Notes: a model not told the origin generated them from the sequence alone. A stretch of 63,330 bases of DNA, filler included, from Chlamydiia bacterium (GCA_903848235.1; 14 parts of 14 records of this genome joined end to end with filler, not necessarily neighbours in it), one strand, 5' to 3'; positions 1 to 10,530 are shown, counted from the whole stretch's first letter. Numbers and translations: made by a program.

Positions 1-81
1 AGCGACAAGAACGCCGAATACCCTCATACGAACACCATCTAGCAACCTTGGCTCCTGCGGAAAGGACATCTCTCTCATCAT
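1..81 (-). CDS. 5' part of a hypothetical protein running off the window edge
   Basis: ATG at 81 opens MMREMSFPQEPRLLDGVRMRVFGVLVA to position 1; divergent from prfB; too short to identify. Confidence 0.3.
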   Translation of the reverse strand, partial: MMREMSFPQEPRLLDGVRMRVFGVLVA

Positions 82-368
82 GATAATTTTTTACCATATT
101 GAGATCGAGCAAAAATCTCAAGTTTTTCTGTGATATTGCCAAAAGTTGTATACGTGAATCAGGAGCATTTCCTCAATCCAAAATAAATTTATACAAACCG
201 TACTTAAAACGACTCAAAGAAGCAAGTGAATTTTTGAATTCTTGATTTCTGAAGCACGATTAGAAAAATTGAGATCGTGGTCCATCACGTGCTTTTTTTT
301 CTCATGGCCGACAAAATCTCTCCTCTAGTACGCTAAAAGAGATTCAGAAAACTCAAGGGATTTTCGCT

Positions 369-1467
369 ATGTCAGAAGTCATTTCCAATGCACATTCCAT
401 CCGTGAACGAATCCTTCATTTATTGAGGTTTCTTTGACGTCTCTGCCAAAAAGAAACGTATTGAAGACCTTGAAGCTCTCATGCAAACCCCACAGTTTTG
501 GGATGATGCGAATGAAGCAAAAAAGATCATACAAGAATCCAATGACCTCAAGTCTTGGACGGAGCCGTTGGAAAATCTATTACGGCGCGTTGATGATGTT
601 TTGTCATTAGCACCCGAAGCAGAACAAGATCCCTCCTTCGTCGCTGATTTAGAAAAGGAATTAGAAAGTATTGGGAAAGATCTCTCTGAAGTCGAAATCC
701 GACGCATGCTTTCTGGAGCGATGGACAAGGCATCATGTTTCTTAAGTATCAATGCTGGAGCAGGCGGCACCGAAGCCTGTGACTGGGCATTAATGCTCCT
801 CAGGATGTACGAACGGTGGGCATCAAGAAGAAAATGGAAGGTAGAAGTTGTCGACGTCCTTCCAGGGGAAGTCGCCGGCGTGAGAAACGTGACACTTCAT
901 ATTGAAGGCGAATATGCCTATGGATATGCAAAGGCAGAAAAAGGCGTCCATAGAATCGTACGCATCTCCCCCTTTGATTCAAATGCTCGACGTCATACGA
1001 GCTTTGCCGCTGTTGACGTCATCCCCGAGATCACCGAAGATGTAAAAATCGAAGTTCGTCCCGAAGACCTGCGGGTGGACACCTATCGAGCCTCTGGAGC
1101 TGGAGGCCAGCATGTCAACAAAACAGACTCTGCCGTTCGTATACTGCATATTCCCACAGGCATTGTTGTCTCTTCTCAATCCCAACGCAGCCAAATCCAA
1201 AACCGCGAGTCATGTTTAAAGCTGCTTCGGTCGAAGCTCTATGAACGAGAAATGGAAGAGCGCCAGAAGAAGTTGGATGCTATGTCCGGAGAGAAAATGG
1301 ATATTGCATGGGGAAGCCAGATCAGAAGTTATGTATTTCAACCATATACTCTTGTCAAAGATACAAGAACAAAGTATGAAATGGGAGATATACAGTCTGT
1401 GATGGATGGGAATATAGACCCCTTCATTCAGGCATACCTTAAAGAATTTGGTGGGAAAGCACTATGA
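369..1467 (+). CDS. prfB: peptide chain release factor 2, expressed by programmed +1 frameshift
   Basis: ATG 369 reads MSEVISNAHSIRERILHLLRFL then TGA; +1 frame GAC GTC TCT is continuous with ORF 481..1467, which has GGQ and the RF2-specific SPF motif. Confidence 0.97.
425..438 (+). promoter_or_regulatory. RF2 autoregulatory +1 frameshift site
   Basis: internal SD-like GAGG (425-428) 3 nt before CTT TGA C (432-438), the canonical prfB slippery site. Confidence 0.95.
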
Positions 1468-1991
1468 CAACCGTCATTCATGAAATTCCAGAAGTAAAGA
1501 CAATCCCTGGATTAACAATACGATATACAATTCCTCAAGATGCTGAGTGGCTCAAACAGTGGCTCATGGATCTAAGTGTTAAAGACGCTTTTCCAATGGC
1601 GTCTGAATCAGAAGTCGAGGATGCTGTCCGGAGGTGGATTTCCTTTTCTCGAGTTCGCTCGAGCCTTACTGTAGAGATGGATGGCCATCCTGTTGGCATC
1701 TCGACGCTCTACATTCAGGCCTACAAGCGATTACTCCACCAAACTGAATTCGGTGTCATCGTCGATTCTCACTACAGAGGCAGATCAATAGGCTCATATC
1801 TCCTAAGTTCCATCATGAAACTTGCCAAGCAGCATTTTCACGTGGAACTAATCCATCTTCAAGTATACCAAGATAACCCAGCCATCAAGTTATACGAGAA
1901 ATTCGGATTCCGCGAATTTGGGCGACAGACCCATTGGATTAAAGATGAAGACCGTTATGTAGGAAGAATCTTTATGGAACGGTTTATCTAA
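1464..1991 (+). CDS. GNAT-family acetyltransferase (chlamydial YhhY-like)
   Basis: VDSHYRGRSIGS acetyl-CoA motif, N-PAIKLYEKFGF; ATGA overlap with prfB; prfB-GNAT-yebC order as in Chlamydia. Confidence 0.9.
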   Translation: MTTVIHEIPEVKTIPGLTIRYTIPQDAEWLKQWLMDLSVKDAFPMASESEVEDAVRRWISFSRVRSSLTVEMDGHPVGISTLYIQAYKRLLHQTEFGVIVDSHYRGRSIGSYLLSSIMKLAKQHFHVELIHLQVYQDNPAIKLYEKFGFREFGRQTHWIKDEDRYVGRIFMERFI

Positions 1992-1999
1992 AGAGGCTA

Positions 2000-2044
2000 G
2001 TGCAAAACTAGCGGCTGCGCTATGCGCAGCCGCTAGTTTTGCAC
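2000..2044. terminator. 21-bp perfect hairpin between convergent genes, derived from a dispersed repeat family
   Basis: GTGCAAAACTAGCGGCTGCGC-TAT-GCGCAGCCGCTAGTTTTGCAC; 1992-2029 matches 40815-40852 at 31/38 nt. Confidence 0.75.
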
Positions 2045-2054
2045 AAAGTCGAGG

Positions 2055-2777
2055 TTACGGCATCCTCATATTGTGGTATACAGTGTCAACGTCCTCGATT
2101 CCTTCCAACCATTCGATCAATGCCAAATTGGCATTCGACGCCACAGCATCCACCTCTATATACGACTTAGGAACCATCTCAATAGCAGCCTCATCGACTT
2201 TAAACCCGAGCTTTTCGACGGCATCTTTGACAGCGTACAAATTTGTGGGGTCTGTGGTAATCACGTAATACTCTTCATCAGAAGAAAAATCTTCAGCCCC
2301 TGCTTCTGTCGCTGCTCCAAAAAGCTCTTCTTCTATCGCATGATGCTTCGCGATAAGGATAATCCCTTTCCGGTCAAAGTTAAAGGCTACGGCTCCAGGA
2401 ACAGTGACCGTGCCCCCTCGCTTATTCGTCGCAATGTGAATGTCGGAAGCAATCCTATTTTTATTATCTGTCATGATATCGAGAATCAGCCCGACGCCGC
2501 CGTGGCCATACAGCTCATACTGCATTTCATGATAGGCTTCCTGGCCCTCACTTGACGCTTTCTTTATCACACGCTCGATGTTTTCCGACGGAAAGTTCAC
2601 CTCTTTAGCGTGTTGAATTGCAATCCGAAGCCGATTATTGACCTTAGGATCTGAAGACCCCCCAAGCTTTACAGCGTTGATTATCTCCTTCGATGCACAC
2701 GAAAAGGATTTGCCCTTCTTTGCATCGCTTTTCTCTTTGCGCCGCTTGATATTCGCCCACTTGCTATGTCCTGACAT
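2055..2777 (-). CDS. yebC: YebC/PmpR family protein
   Basis: MSGHSKWANIK N-terminus, YELYGHGG, TDNKNR, EDVDTVYHN. Confidence 0.97.
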   Translation of the reverse strand: MSGHSKWANIKRRKEKSDAKKGKSFSCASKEIINAVKLGGSSDPKVNNRLRIAIQHAKEVNFPSENIERVIKKASSEGQEAYHEMQYELYGHGGVGLILDIMTDNKNRIASDIHIATNKRGGTVTVPGAVAFNFDRKGIILIAKHHAIEEELFGAATEAGAEDFSSDEEYYVITTDPTNLYAVKDAVEKLGFKVDEAAIEMVPKSYIEVDAVASNANLALIEWLEGIEDVDTVYHNMRMP

Positions 2778-3429
2778 GATAATACCTCACCTCTTTTGGA
2801 GGAAAACCTTATAGCCAACCAATCTGTGAAAGTTGCATATACATTTGTACTGGAGGTTATGATTTTTTGAGCACTGATTTCGCTGTATGCTCAATTTCAG
2901 CCTTCCCACGCGCCGTTCACGAACATCTTCCTTCCTGCATAAGCTATCGCACGACAGATGCCCCACAATACAGCCTTAAGGCCTTTGTACCCGTAGATGC
3001 AGAAAAACTTTTTTGGAGTTTTGCACAACACACCAACAGCTTTTCGTCAAAAAAAAGGGAAAAATAGCGCAAAATCGCATACAATTTGCGCACATATGTG
3101 GAATAAAACAAATATTTTGTCACTTGCATTGTTGAAGCATACGATCAAAGAGAGCCGCTCATGCCGCTTCCCCACTCGCCAGAGGCGGCATCGCACATCG
3201 CTCCAAAAGTACCAAGAGAAAAAAAACGAAAAAAACGATATGGTACATACTAGTCTCATCTCAATACACTGGATGCGAAAAAGGATACACGACTGCAGAT
3301 ACAACACACGGCTTGTACCATGGGTTGAGAAGGCCTTACATTTGTAACCCAAGTAAGTTGGGTTTGTAGTCAATGGTCGCTTTCGAAGCAACCTGGGTTT
3401 AGAATCATCAACCCCCCTTCTGGTGGAAT

Positions 3430-5562
3430 ATGAAACATCGGATCGAAGACTCCTCGCATGACCTTGCCACGCCTGATGGCTCTATTGAATCTCTTCAGCA
3501 CACATCTGATATCTCAGCAGAGGCTATTGTCATAATCGACAACATCAGCCCCTGGTTTGTGGGATACGAGATAGACAAAAATCTTCTCTTCTTTAATGGC
3601 AAGAGCGTCCTCGCGCAAGCTGGAGTGAATATCACTGGCATCGACTATCAGCTGAACAAAACCGATGGGAAAGCTCGAGTCCATGTTCGATTAGACGCCC
3701 TCGGTCCTATTGGAAAAGAACTCTTAGGCCTGCTCAAGCCTGGCGCTTGGATTGGGAAGCTCTTTGCAAAAGATGATCGCCGACGCGTGCGAGACCCTGA
3801 CTACATCACGCGAATGTTTGGACGTTCTGACCGATGGGGAAGCCCGCTCCTCTCCCTCGGCGCTCTTCATGGCAGCGACTCTCTGATTCTCGACACCGTC
3901 GATGGTCGCGCTGTTGCCTACCTCTCACTGCTGAATGGAAAAGTCGCCTATGACTCATCGATCTTCGGCTTTTTGCCAACTCTTGCAGAGGCAACACAGC
4001 AGTGCTACAAATCTCGAGATTTGCTCCGCCTCCATCAAATATGGATCGAAGGCGCTCCGAGAAACGTCGCTGAAGGAGAAATACTCCTTGTCAAAACACC
4101 TCCGCTTCATATTCGAACCGTATTTGGCCATGTGGTCAACGAACTTCTCTCACCAGGCTACGTTCACACAACAGCATCCGTCCTTCAACCGGATACGGAA
4201 GCCTCAGGAGATATCTACGAGCTGTGGGGAGACTCCAGGCGAGAGATCACCGACATCCCATTAGAGTTTTATACCTTAGAGCCGTATCGCGAAAACGTCT
4301 TCTTTACAGATAGAGATCAGCTTCAGTCCTGCCTAGAAGCTTCTTCTGTCCTGATCAATGCATTTGAAACCGCACCGCAGCCTCGTGACCTCCGCGCCGC
4401 TGTCTTCATCGTAAAAGGGCATCAGCTTGAAACTCTTGCAACAGAAGACTGGATTGCCAGAGACCCCATTTTTCATGAACTTCCTGGCGTTGGTCATGGA
4501 TTGCGGCAAGCCATGTTAGTAGAACGATTCATCGTCCAGCAACCCTCGTATCCATTTTTAAACGCCATCGAAAAAGGACAGATCACCAGCCAGGGCATCC
4601 TGCTCTCCCGCTACTTCCCATCCCCCATCATGAAACGGATGCTGCTAAGCGAACAGGTGTCACGGTGCTTGAAGGGCATCTACTTTCGTCATCCATCGCG
4701 TTCCCATGGAGACTTCTTCTCTAACGAAGATCGGGGGCTCTTAAACGACCTCCACAAATTTGGAATGCCGGTCTTTTGGGTCGACGAGAGGTCCAATCAA
4801 GTCTTACAGTACATCCAAAAACCTCATCGAGAGACGGGGATGTTTGTCCCCATCCACCACATTGATAAGTATCTTAAATCAACAGTCTTTGGAGTGTACG
4901 GGTCTAATCTCGTCGTCGGAGCTTTTGAAGCAGAGCTTTCCGAACTTCTCCATGGCATCCTCGACATGAGAGAGACCGTCAACCATCCATTGCTCTCCAA
5001 AGAGACTCCTCTCGCCCTTGTGACAGGAGGGGGGCCCGGCGCTATGGAGCTTGCGAATAAAGTAGCTACAGAACTTGGAATTCTCTCATGCGCGAATATC
5101 GCCGATTTTCGCTTGAAAAGCGGAGCTCCCGTCAACGAACAGGAGCAAAATCCATACGTCGAAGCCAAGATGACCTATAGACTCAAGGAACTGGTGGAAC
5201 GGCAGGCAGAGTTTAACCTTGACTTCCCTATCTTCGTGACAGGAGGAATTGGCACTGACTTCGAATTCTGCCTCGAAGAAGTGCGGCGAAAAGTGGGATG
5301 CGTATTTCCAACCCCCGTGATTCTCTTTGGTGACATCGACTACTGGAAGAGCAAGATCACAACACGATACCAGTGCAACCTCTCTCAAGGAACGATCAAA
5401 GGCTCTGAATGGGTCTCTGGATGCATCTTCTGCATCCAAACGGCAAAACAGGGGCTTGAAATCTATCGCCGCTTCTTCGAAGGAAAGCTCCCCCTTGGAA
5501 AAGCTGCTCCACCACAGCCCTTAGGCTTTGTGACAGATATCAATCAGATGAGCACATCGTGA
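3430..5562 (+). CDS. conserved chlamydial protein with C-terminal LOG/lysine-decarboxylase-like nucleotide-binding domain
   Basis: 710-aa ORF; LVTGGGPGAM and TGGIGTDFE are LOG-family motifs. Confidence 0.8.
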   Translation: MKHRIEDSSHDLATPDGSIESLQHTSDISAEAIVIIDNISPWFVGYEIDKNLLFFNGKSVLAQAGVNITGIDYQLNKTDGKARVHVRLDALGPIGKELLGLLKPGAWIGKLFAKDDRRRVRDPDYITRMFGRSDRWGSPLLSLGALHGSDSLILDTVDGRAVAYLSLLNGKVAYDSSIFGFLPTLAEATQQCYKSRDLLRLHQIWIEGAPRNVAEGEILLVKTPPLHIRTVFGHVVNELLSPGYVHTTASVLQPDTEASGDIYELWGDSRREITDIPLEFYTLEPYRENVFFTDRDQLQSCLEASSVLINAFETAPQPRDLRAAVFIVKGHQLETLATEDWIARDPIFHELPGVGHGLRQAMLVERFIVQQPSYPFLNAIEKGQITSQGILLSRYFPSPIMKRMLLSEQVSRCLKGIYFRHPSRSHGDFFSNEDRGLLNDLHKFGMPVFWVDERSNQVLQYIQKPHRETGMFVPIHHIDKYLKSTVFGVYGSNLVVGAFEAELSELLHGILDMRETVNHPLLSKETPLALVTGGGPGAMELANKVATELGILSCANIADFRLKSGAPVNEQEQNPYVEAKMTYRLKELVERQAEFNLDFPIFVTGGIGTDFEFCLEEVRRKVGCVFPTPVILFGDIDYWKSKITTRYQCNLSQGTIKGSEWVSGCIFCIQTAKQGLEIYRRFFEGKLPLGKAAPPQPLGFVTDINQMSTS

Positions 5563-6753
5563 TTAAAACCCATAGGTCATACGAATCCCTACAAACTTCG
5601 TTCTATGCCGTGAGAACTGCCCTTCTGTTGAAAATCCTTGATGGTATTCGAGAAACAGCCGCACCTTCCGCCCAATGCCATGGATCTTTCCCCACTCATA
5701 GCCAAGAGCATAGGTCGTATCGATAGCAAAGTTCACATCCTGCCAGTTTTGCATATGAACCGCTAGGAATGGCTGCCCAAAAAGCTGTTTGAAATCAGTC
5801 CTCGGCCCCCGTGCCTCAAAGCCATACTCCACATACAATGGCTTCATATGCATCTCGGAATCAGAAAGTAGGATCGAGCCTAGAGTGCCATACACGCGGA
5901 GGTGGGAGTTAAACGAATAGTCTCCTGAAAGATCCAGCGCTTCAAAACTCTTATTTTTCCTATGGAAATGTCTGTGCTCGCACAAAAACTCGTCGCCAAC
6001 GTGAGAGGAGATGTGATACAGGCGCAAGCGATAGGCTATTGGCCCTTTTGCAAATGTCAGCGGTACGCCAGCATAGTAATCTGCATTGATCATAGGGAAG
6101 GTGCGCTCATGTAAGTTAAAGACTGCAAACGCGGCAGCCTCAAGCTCCAACTGCAAGTCCCCTCCTTTAAAATTCGCCCAGCGATACACAGGGAATTGGG
6201 CTCCAATGATAAAATCGGTTGAAAATGTCCCCCCTATCTTATCATGGGATCGTACCCCGCATGCAAAGCACGGCTGGCGTGGGTTGGCAATCTCGGTCGG
6301 AAATAATGTCGTGGACTGTGGAAGCCATACCCCATGCCACTTATCATGATGTTTATTCTGTGGTTCTTTTTCATCTCTATCTCGATGAGATGGGTTGGAA
6401 TCGTAGACCGATCTCTTCGTCAGGTCCCGCACGAAGCTGACAATTTCTTGGGACTTTGTCAAATCCCCCGGCAGATGGACCAACAGCACATCTCCATTAC
6501 GAACAGTTACAAGCACTCTACTATCGGGGTATTTAGTATCAAGAACTCCCTGTATATAAGCCTCAAGGTAGCTGTCAGAGCTGCTTTTCTTGGAAAGCTC
6601 TGGATCAGACATAGCTAAACGGCAGTCCTCAGGAATTTCAAGAGCCTTAATGTTCTCCGACTCTGAACAAAAACCTGTTCCGAAAAATGTCATCGCTACG
6701 GCAGTCAGCAACGGAATTATTGAGAACAATCGAAGGATCTTCATCTGTGTCAC
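5563..6753 (-). CDS. DUF1207-like exported/outer-membrane protein
   Basis: signal peptide, YLEAYIQ, RLYHISSHVGDEF, EYHQGFSTEGQF, C-terminal aromatic YGF typical of beta-barrel proteins. Confidence 0.8.
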   Translation of the reverse strand: MTQMKILRLFSIIPLLTAVAMTFFGTGFCSESENIKALEIPEDCRLAMSDPELSKKSSSDSYLEAYIQGVLDTKYPDSRVLVTVRNGDVLLVHLPGDLTKSQEIVSFVRDLTKRSVYDSNPSHRDRDEKEPQNKHHDKWHGVWLPQSTTLFPTEIANPRQPCFACGVRSHDKIGGTFSTDFIIGAQFPVYRWANFKGGDLQLELEAAAFAVFNLHERTFPMINADYYAGVPLTFAKGPIAYRLRLYHISSHVGDEFLCEHRHFHRKNKSFEALDLSGDYSFNSHLRVYGTLGSILLSDSEMHMKPLYVEYGFEARGPRTDFKQLFGQPFLAVHMQNWQDVNFAIDTTYALGYEWGKIHGIGRKVRLFLEYHQGFSTEGQFSRHRTKFVGIRMTYGF

Positions 6754-6881
6754 CTACTCCTCGTATAAAAGTCATCGAACACTTTTTTTTCGAATTCAAC
6801 TCTATACTGGACATGAGGATTTTTTGAGCAGTGGTTTTGATCGTTGAAAAATTGGAGGCCTAAAGTAGATCATCGTACACC

Positions 6882-8213
6882 TTGTTTTTTTCAGAGGAGA
6901 TTTCTCATATGCAACAGGTTGCTCGATTGTTTTCTGACCCCCTCTTGCCAGTAGATTTTTGTGTCCAACCGATCCGTTTCGTTGCTGAGCAATGCGGCAA
7001 AACCATCTCTTCGATCCAGGCAATCTTTTTCAACGCTCTTTTTTTGATTCAGAACCACGATCTTATTCCCCGAGAAGGTGAAATAAAGGTAATCACCCTC
7101 CCACAACTTCTAGAATTTCGTTTGGAGCCCTACGAAGGTAGTCATCAGTTTCAGAACCGCGGCGTATCCCAATATTCGATTTTTCAACATGATCTCTTTG
7201 AGTTTGAAACGCGTGTCGGCGATCGTTCTTCATTCACTTTGATTCGGCGACGCCATCCTTCCTTCATTAATTTCACCTATGCTCAACAGTTTCTTGACGA
7301 TGTCACGCTACTTATATCGTCGATTGCTCAAGCTATCTTGCTCGCTCCCGTCGCCATTCCTCTTGCTGCTTTTGGAGCTATTGTAAGAGGCGCGAGGCTT
7401 TGCTTTGGCCCTTCACTCTACAAGCGAGAGTTAGAGGTTTGTAAGGCCAATTCGAATGTGTATCCAGATATCGGCAGGATTGCACGAGCGTGGCAGCTAA
7501 AGGCCTGTAAGAGAGGGATGGCTACGCAATCTAATCCCTTCAGCGAGCCGTCAACATGTGAAGCTGCTGTTTTCAATGATGCAAGGACCATTTGCAAACT
7601 GATCGGTCAATGCATGGAAGCTCCTGATGAGACATGCTGGATCTTTCATAAGGTGAGGATCTGCCTGGATGTCGCTCTCCATGCAATCCAGGGGATCATG
7701 CTTGAAGGCGAAGAGGATCTCCAAACCGTCTCAGGCCAGAATTTAGGGCATCATTTAAAGATCGCACATCTTGCGACAAATCCCGATAACATACGGGCAG
7801 CCATCAATTCAGAGGTCTTCTCCCGAGTTGAAGGAAGCGGGACAGCACTGGTTTCCGCTCTTGCGCAGAAATGTTTGCGCCGACATGCAGCCGGCATCTA
7901 CTTAGAATCTGTTGAATCTGCTGTTCCATTTTACGAAAAGCTTGGATTTGTCCAACTTGATCGTCACGAAATCCGTATGCTGGAAGGCGGAGCAATACCG
8001 ATGCAGTTGACGGCAGAGAAGATTGAAAGACTCTTTCATAACGGGACGTTACGACGTCCCTCGAAAGGCACGTTGGTGATCCCCCCTGAAATACCTCCAC
8101 GAGAGCACAACCATACTTTCAGGAATTACTATGATACGACGGAACTCTCAGGAGGGGGACTTGCAGCGACTCTTTCAAAGTCGACAAGACCATTGTTCCC
8201 TTGTTGCTGTTAA
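6882..8213 (+). CDS. effector-like protein with a hydrophobic segment and C-terminal GNAT domain
   Basis: HLATNPDN..VEGSGTAL..YLESVESAVPFYEKLGF GNAT motifs; start may be ATG 6909. Confidence 0.65.
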   Translation: MFFSEEISHMQQVARLFSDPLLPVDFCVQPIRFVAEQCGKTISSIQAIFFNALFLIQNHDLIPREGEIKVITLPQLLEFRLEPYEGSHQFQNRGVSQYSIFQHDLFEFETRVGDRSSFTLIRRRHPSFINFTYAQQFLDDVTLLISSIAQAILLAPVAIPLAAFGAIVRGARLCFGPSLYKRELEVCKANSNVYPDIGRIARAWQLKACKRGMATQSNPFSEPSTCEAAVFNDARTICKLIGQCMEAPDETCWIFHKVRICLDVALHAIQGIMLEGEEDLQTVSGQNLGHHLKIAHLATNPDNIRAAINSEVFSRVEGSGTALVSALAQKCLRRHAAGIYLESVESAVPFYEKLGFVQLDRHEIRMLEGGAIPMQLTAEKIERLFHNGTLRRPSKGTLVIPPEIPPREHNHTFRNYYDTTELSGGGLAATLSKSTRPLFPCCC

Positions 8214-8321
8214 ACCTTAACAACTCATCTGGACAAAACAAAACCATTGCCTCGATATATATACGATACATATAGTAGTCTTGCGATATTAAAAGTCTCT
8301 TAATTTGGAGAAATAAAACAA

Positions 8322-8699
8322 ATGAAACAGCTCGCCATTGCATTAGCCTGTATCTGTTCTTTTCCTTCCTGCTCAGTTTTCATGGCCGCCAACAAAGATG
8401 GCGCCGACGTCTCTCAGGTCCAAGCAGCCTCCTCTCGAACCCAATTTCTGAATCTTGGCGCCAAAGTCATCAGCAGCGAACGTCTTCCGTCTGGCGAGCT
8501 TGTTGAAACCTATCAGATCCCGAAAGAACGAGGGTCTGCAGCAAGAGCCGTCATGCACGGACTGCTCGATTTAAGCACCTTTTTCATCTGGGAAATTGTG
8601 GGTACGCCCATTGAAGGATCTCTTGATAAACAAGAGTTCATCACCGTCAAAGTCACCTACACCCCCGATGATATCGCAAAAAAAGCTGAGCTGCTGTAA
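8322..8699 (+). CDS. hypothetical lipoprotein
   Basis: MKQLAIALACICSFPSC lipobox-like signal; 125-aa ORF. Confidence 0.7.
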   Translation: MKQLAIALACICSFPSCSVFMAANKDGADVSQVQAASSRTQFLNLGAKVISSERLPSGELVETYQIPKERGSAARAVMHGLLDLSTFFIWEIVGTPIEGSLDKQEFITVKVTYTPDDIAKKAELL

Positions 8700-8834
8700 A
8701 TCAAATCAATGTACAGGGCAAGAAGTCCTCTTGCTCTGTGCCTCTTCCACAACACATCCCATCACTCTTGAAAAGAAGGCATTGCTCTTGTACACCCAAG
8801 ACTGAGCATACTGACTTTCTTTGGAGTAAAAACA

Positions 8835-9071
8835 ATGCGTGCGTTTCTCTCATGCCACATTCCCGAAGAGATCATCGCCTATATCAAGACGAGGGTCCCT
8901 CTCCTTCCAACGAAAAGCAGATTTATTATTCCCAAACAACATGACCTGACAATGAAATTCTTGGGCAACGTTCCAGATGCCATTGTTCCTCAACTGCTTG
9001 AAAGACTGTCGTTGATTCACCTCACTCCATTCAAAGCTCAGCTGACAGCCGCTTCTAAAAATCAGGACTAA
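8835..9071 (+). pseudogene. thpR: RNA 2',3'-cyclic phosphodiesterase (2'-5' RNA ligase) fragment cut by a repeat insertion
   Basis: MRAFLS..LTMKFLGNV is the 2H-family N-lobe, with D where the HxT His is expected; homology ends where the repeat starts at 9049. Confidence 0.75.
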
Positions 9072-9154
9072 TGTGGACATTTAGTCCTCACAGACCAATG
9101 TCAAGCCTTCGTCCTAGATACGACAGCCTAGCAGCTCTGCTGTCGGTTCGCGTG
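9049..9154 (+). mobile_element. end of a multicopy IS/MITE-like element (CCGCTTCTAAAAATC family), copy 1
   Basis: reverse complement of 25455-25560 with 2 differences; related to 61650-61753; lies at a contig end. Confidence 0.8.
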
Positions 9155-9254
9155 NNNNNNNNNNNNNNNNNNNNNNNNNNNNNNNNNNNNNNNNNNNNTT
9201 AATTAATTAANNNNNNNNNNNNNNNNNNNNNNNNNNNNNNNNNNNNNNNNNNNN
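9155..9254. other. artificial contig linker (first of 13)
   Basis: N44-TTAATTAATTAA-N44; same linker at 10773, 22200, 25321, 29985, 41294, 44103, 47265, 50756, 52705, 55867, 59804 and 61529 (100 nt each). Confidence 0.99.
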
Positions 9255-9733
9255 CGTATGAGCTTATCGTTGACCTCGGCGATGACCAGCCTGGCTTCCT
9301 GCACCTGGCGCTTCTTGTTCCAAAGCGAGGCGCCGAAGCTGCAAAAGCCCTTCTCATCAGGCGTCGATATCTCTGTAAGCAGGACATCGAGCCCTTCTTT
9401 AAAATATTGCAGATCGAAGGGGAAGAGCGAGCCGAAGGCGATGTCGCAGCGCCTCTCCTTGATCATCTGCTCGTTGATGCCCAGCGGGAAAGAGCACGTT
9501 ATCTTGAAGGATTCATCCCACCCCGGGTCGTACCATCCGAAATCGTAGCCCGGCGTCGGCACGTAGACGTTGACGTTCTGTAATTCGCCGAGACGGGCTG
9601 CTATAGCTAAACCTATCGTCTGGGATTCCCTGCCGACGGTGAAGCCGATGCGGTCGCCCGATTTGACCATGCTGGCGGCCTTCTCCGCGGAGATCGTCCT
9701 CTCTTTATAATACTGCTGCCAGTCTTTAATCAT
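9255..9733 (-). CDS. acetyl-CoA hydrolase/4-hydroxybutyrate CoA-transferase family, 3' truncated
   Basis: WQQYYKERTISAEKAASMVKSGD, STPDEKGFCSFG, ARLVIAEVN. Confidence 0.9.
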
Positions 9734-9874
9734 GTACGGAAGAACTCCTCTTTTTTATATGCAAAACCGAACCTAATTATCCTCTTTGAACGATGAATTT
9801 GTCAAGGATAAAGGTTTATTTTCGACATGACACCGCAGGATTAAAATCTTCAGTAGAGTCTGGTAGGAGGTTAA

Positions 9875-10357
9875 CTACAGTCTCAACTTCTGCTGTGGCT
9901 GATTGTGGCTGAAATAGTTCTTGCCCAGTTGCCTCTGACGCACCATTTCCAGATAGTTTTCCCTATCGACGATGATAAGCACTAGAGGAACAGCTATTAC
10001 TGGCAAGACAACAATAGCAGCCCCAAACATAAAGAAAAACATTGCTGTAGCGAAAGAAGCAAGTGCAAAAAATGAAAGCAATATTACGGCAAATATATGT
10101 GCCCATTTTTTTCTTAAAAGCAAGAATATACAGGGAAGAATCCATAGAAAAGCTATTGGCACACATACCAATAATGCCATAGCCATTCCTTGATCCCGTT
10201 CTTGATAGTCGGTAAAACCGATAAGTGCCAATTGAGGTCCAACCACTAAAATGATTCCCGAGATAACCAGCCACACTATTGCTATCTTTGTTTTTACAGG
10301 AAACCTCGCTCTATCTGTGTTCTCTTTTTGTTCTTCGTTCATATCGTCGGCTTCCAA
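9875..10357 (-). CDS. hypothetical membrane protein (about 4 TM helices)
   Basis: four long hydrophobic stretches; start may be ATG 10342. Confidence 0.7.
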   Translation of the reverse strand: MEADDMNEEQKENTDRARFPVKTKIAIVWLVISGIILVVGPQLALIGFTDYQERDQGMAMALLVCVPIAFLWILPCIFLLLRKKWAHIFAVILLSFFALASFATAMFFFMFGAAIVVLPVIAVPLVLIIVDRENYLEMVRQRQLGKNYFSHNQPQQKLRL

Positions 10358-10440
10358 GTTATGACTAATTTATATAACGTTACTACTCTCTTGGGCAACA
10401 CTGTAACCCATGATATAGCTGCTGTCAAGAATTGTTAAAG

Positions 10441-10530
10441 AGGTGCAGGAGACTCATCTCCTGCCAGGGTTATAGGGGTGTCCCCTAACCTTTTATGTCC
10501 CCCAAAGTATGGGGGACTATCAGGGGGTTT
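10441..10530. repeat. REP-like intergenic element of tandem GC-rich hairpins
   Basis: GCAGGAGA..TCTCCTGC, TAGGGG-TGT-CCCCTA and GTCCCCCA-AAGTA-TGGGGGAC stems in series. Confidence 0.55.

Noticed and set aside
2778..3429. Overlapping short ORFs between yebC and the LOG-like gene
   Set aside because: No recognisable motifs, RBS or RNA structure; treated as intergenic.
9155..9254. Recurrent TTAATTAATTAA flanked by Ns, seen 13 times
   Set aside because: Artificial all-frame-stop linker; not a biological repeat. ORF-track entries running into X are truncated by it.
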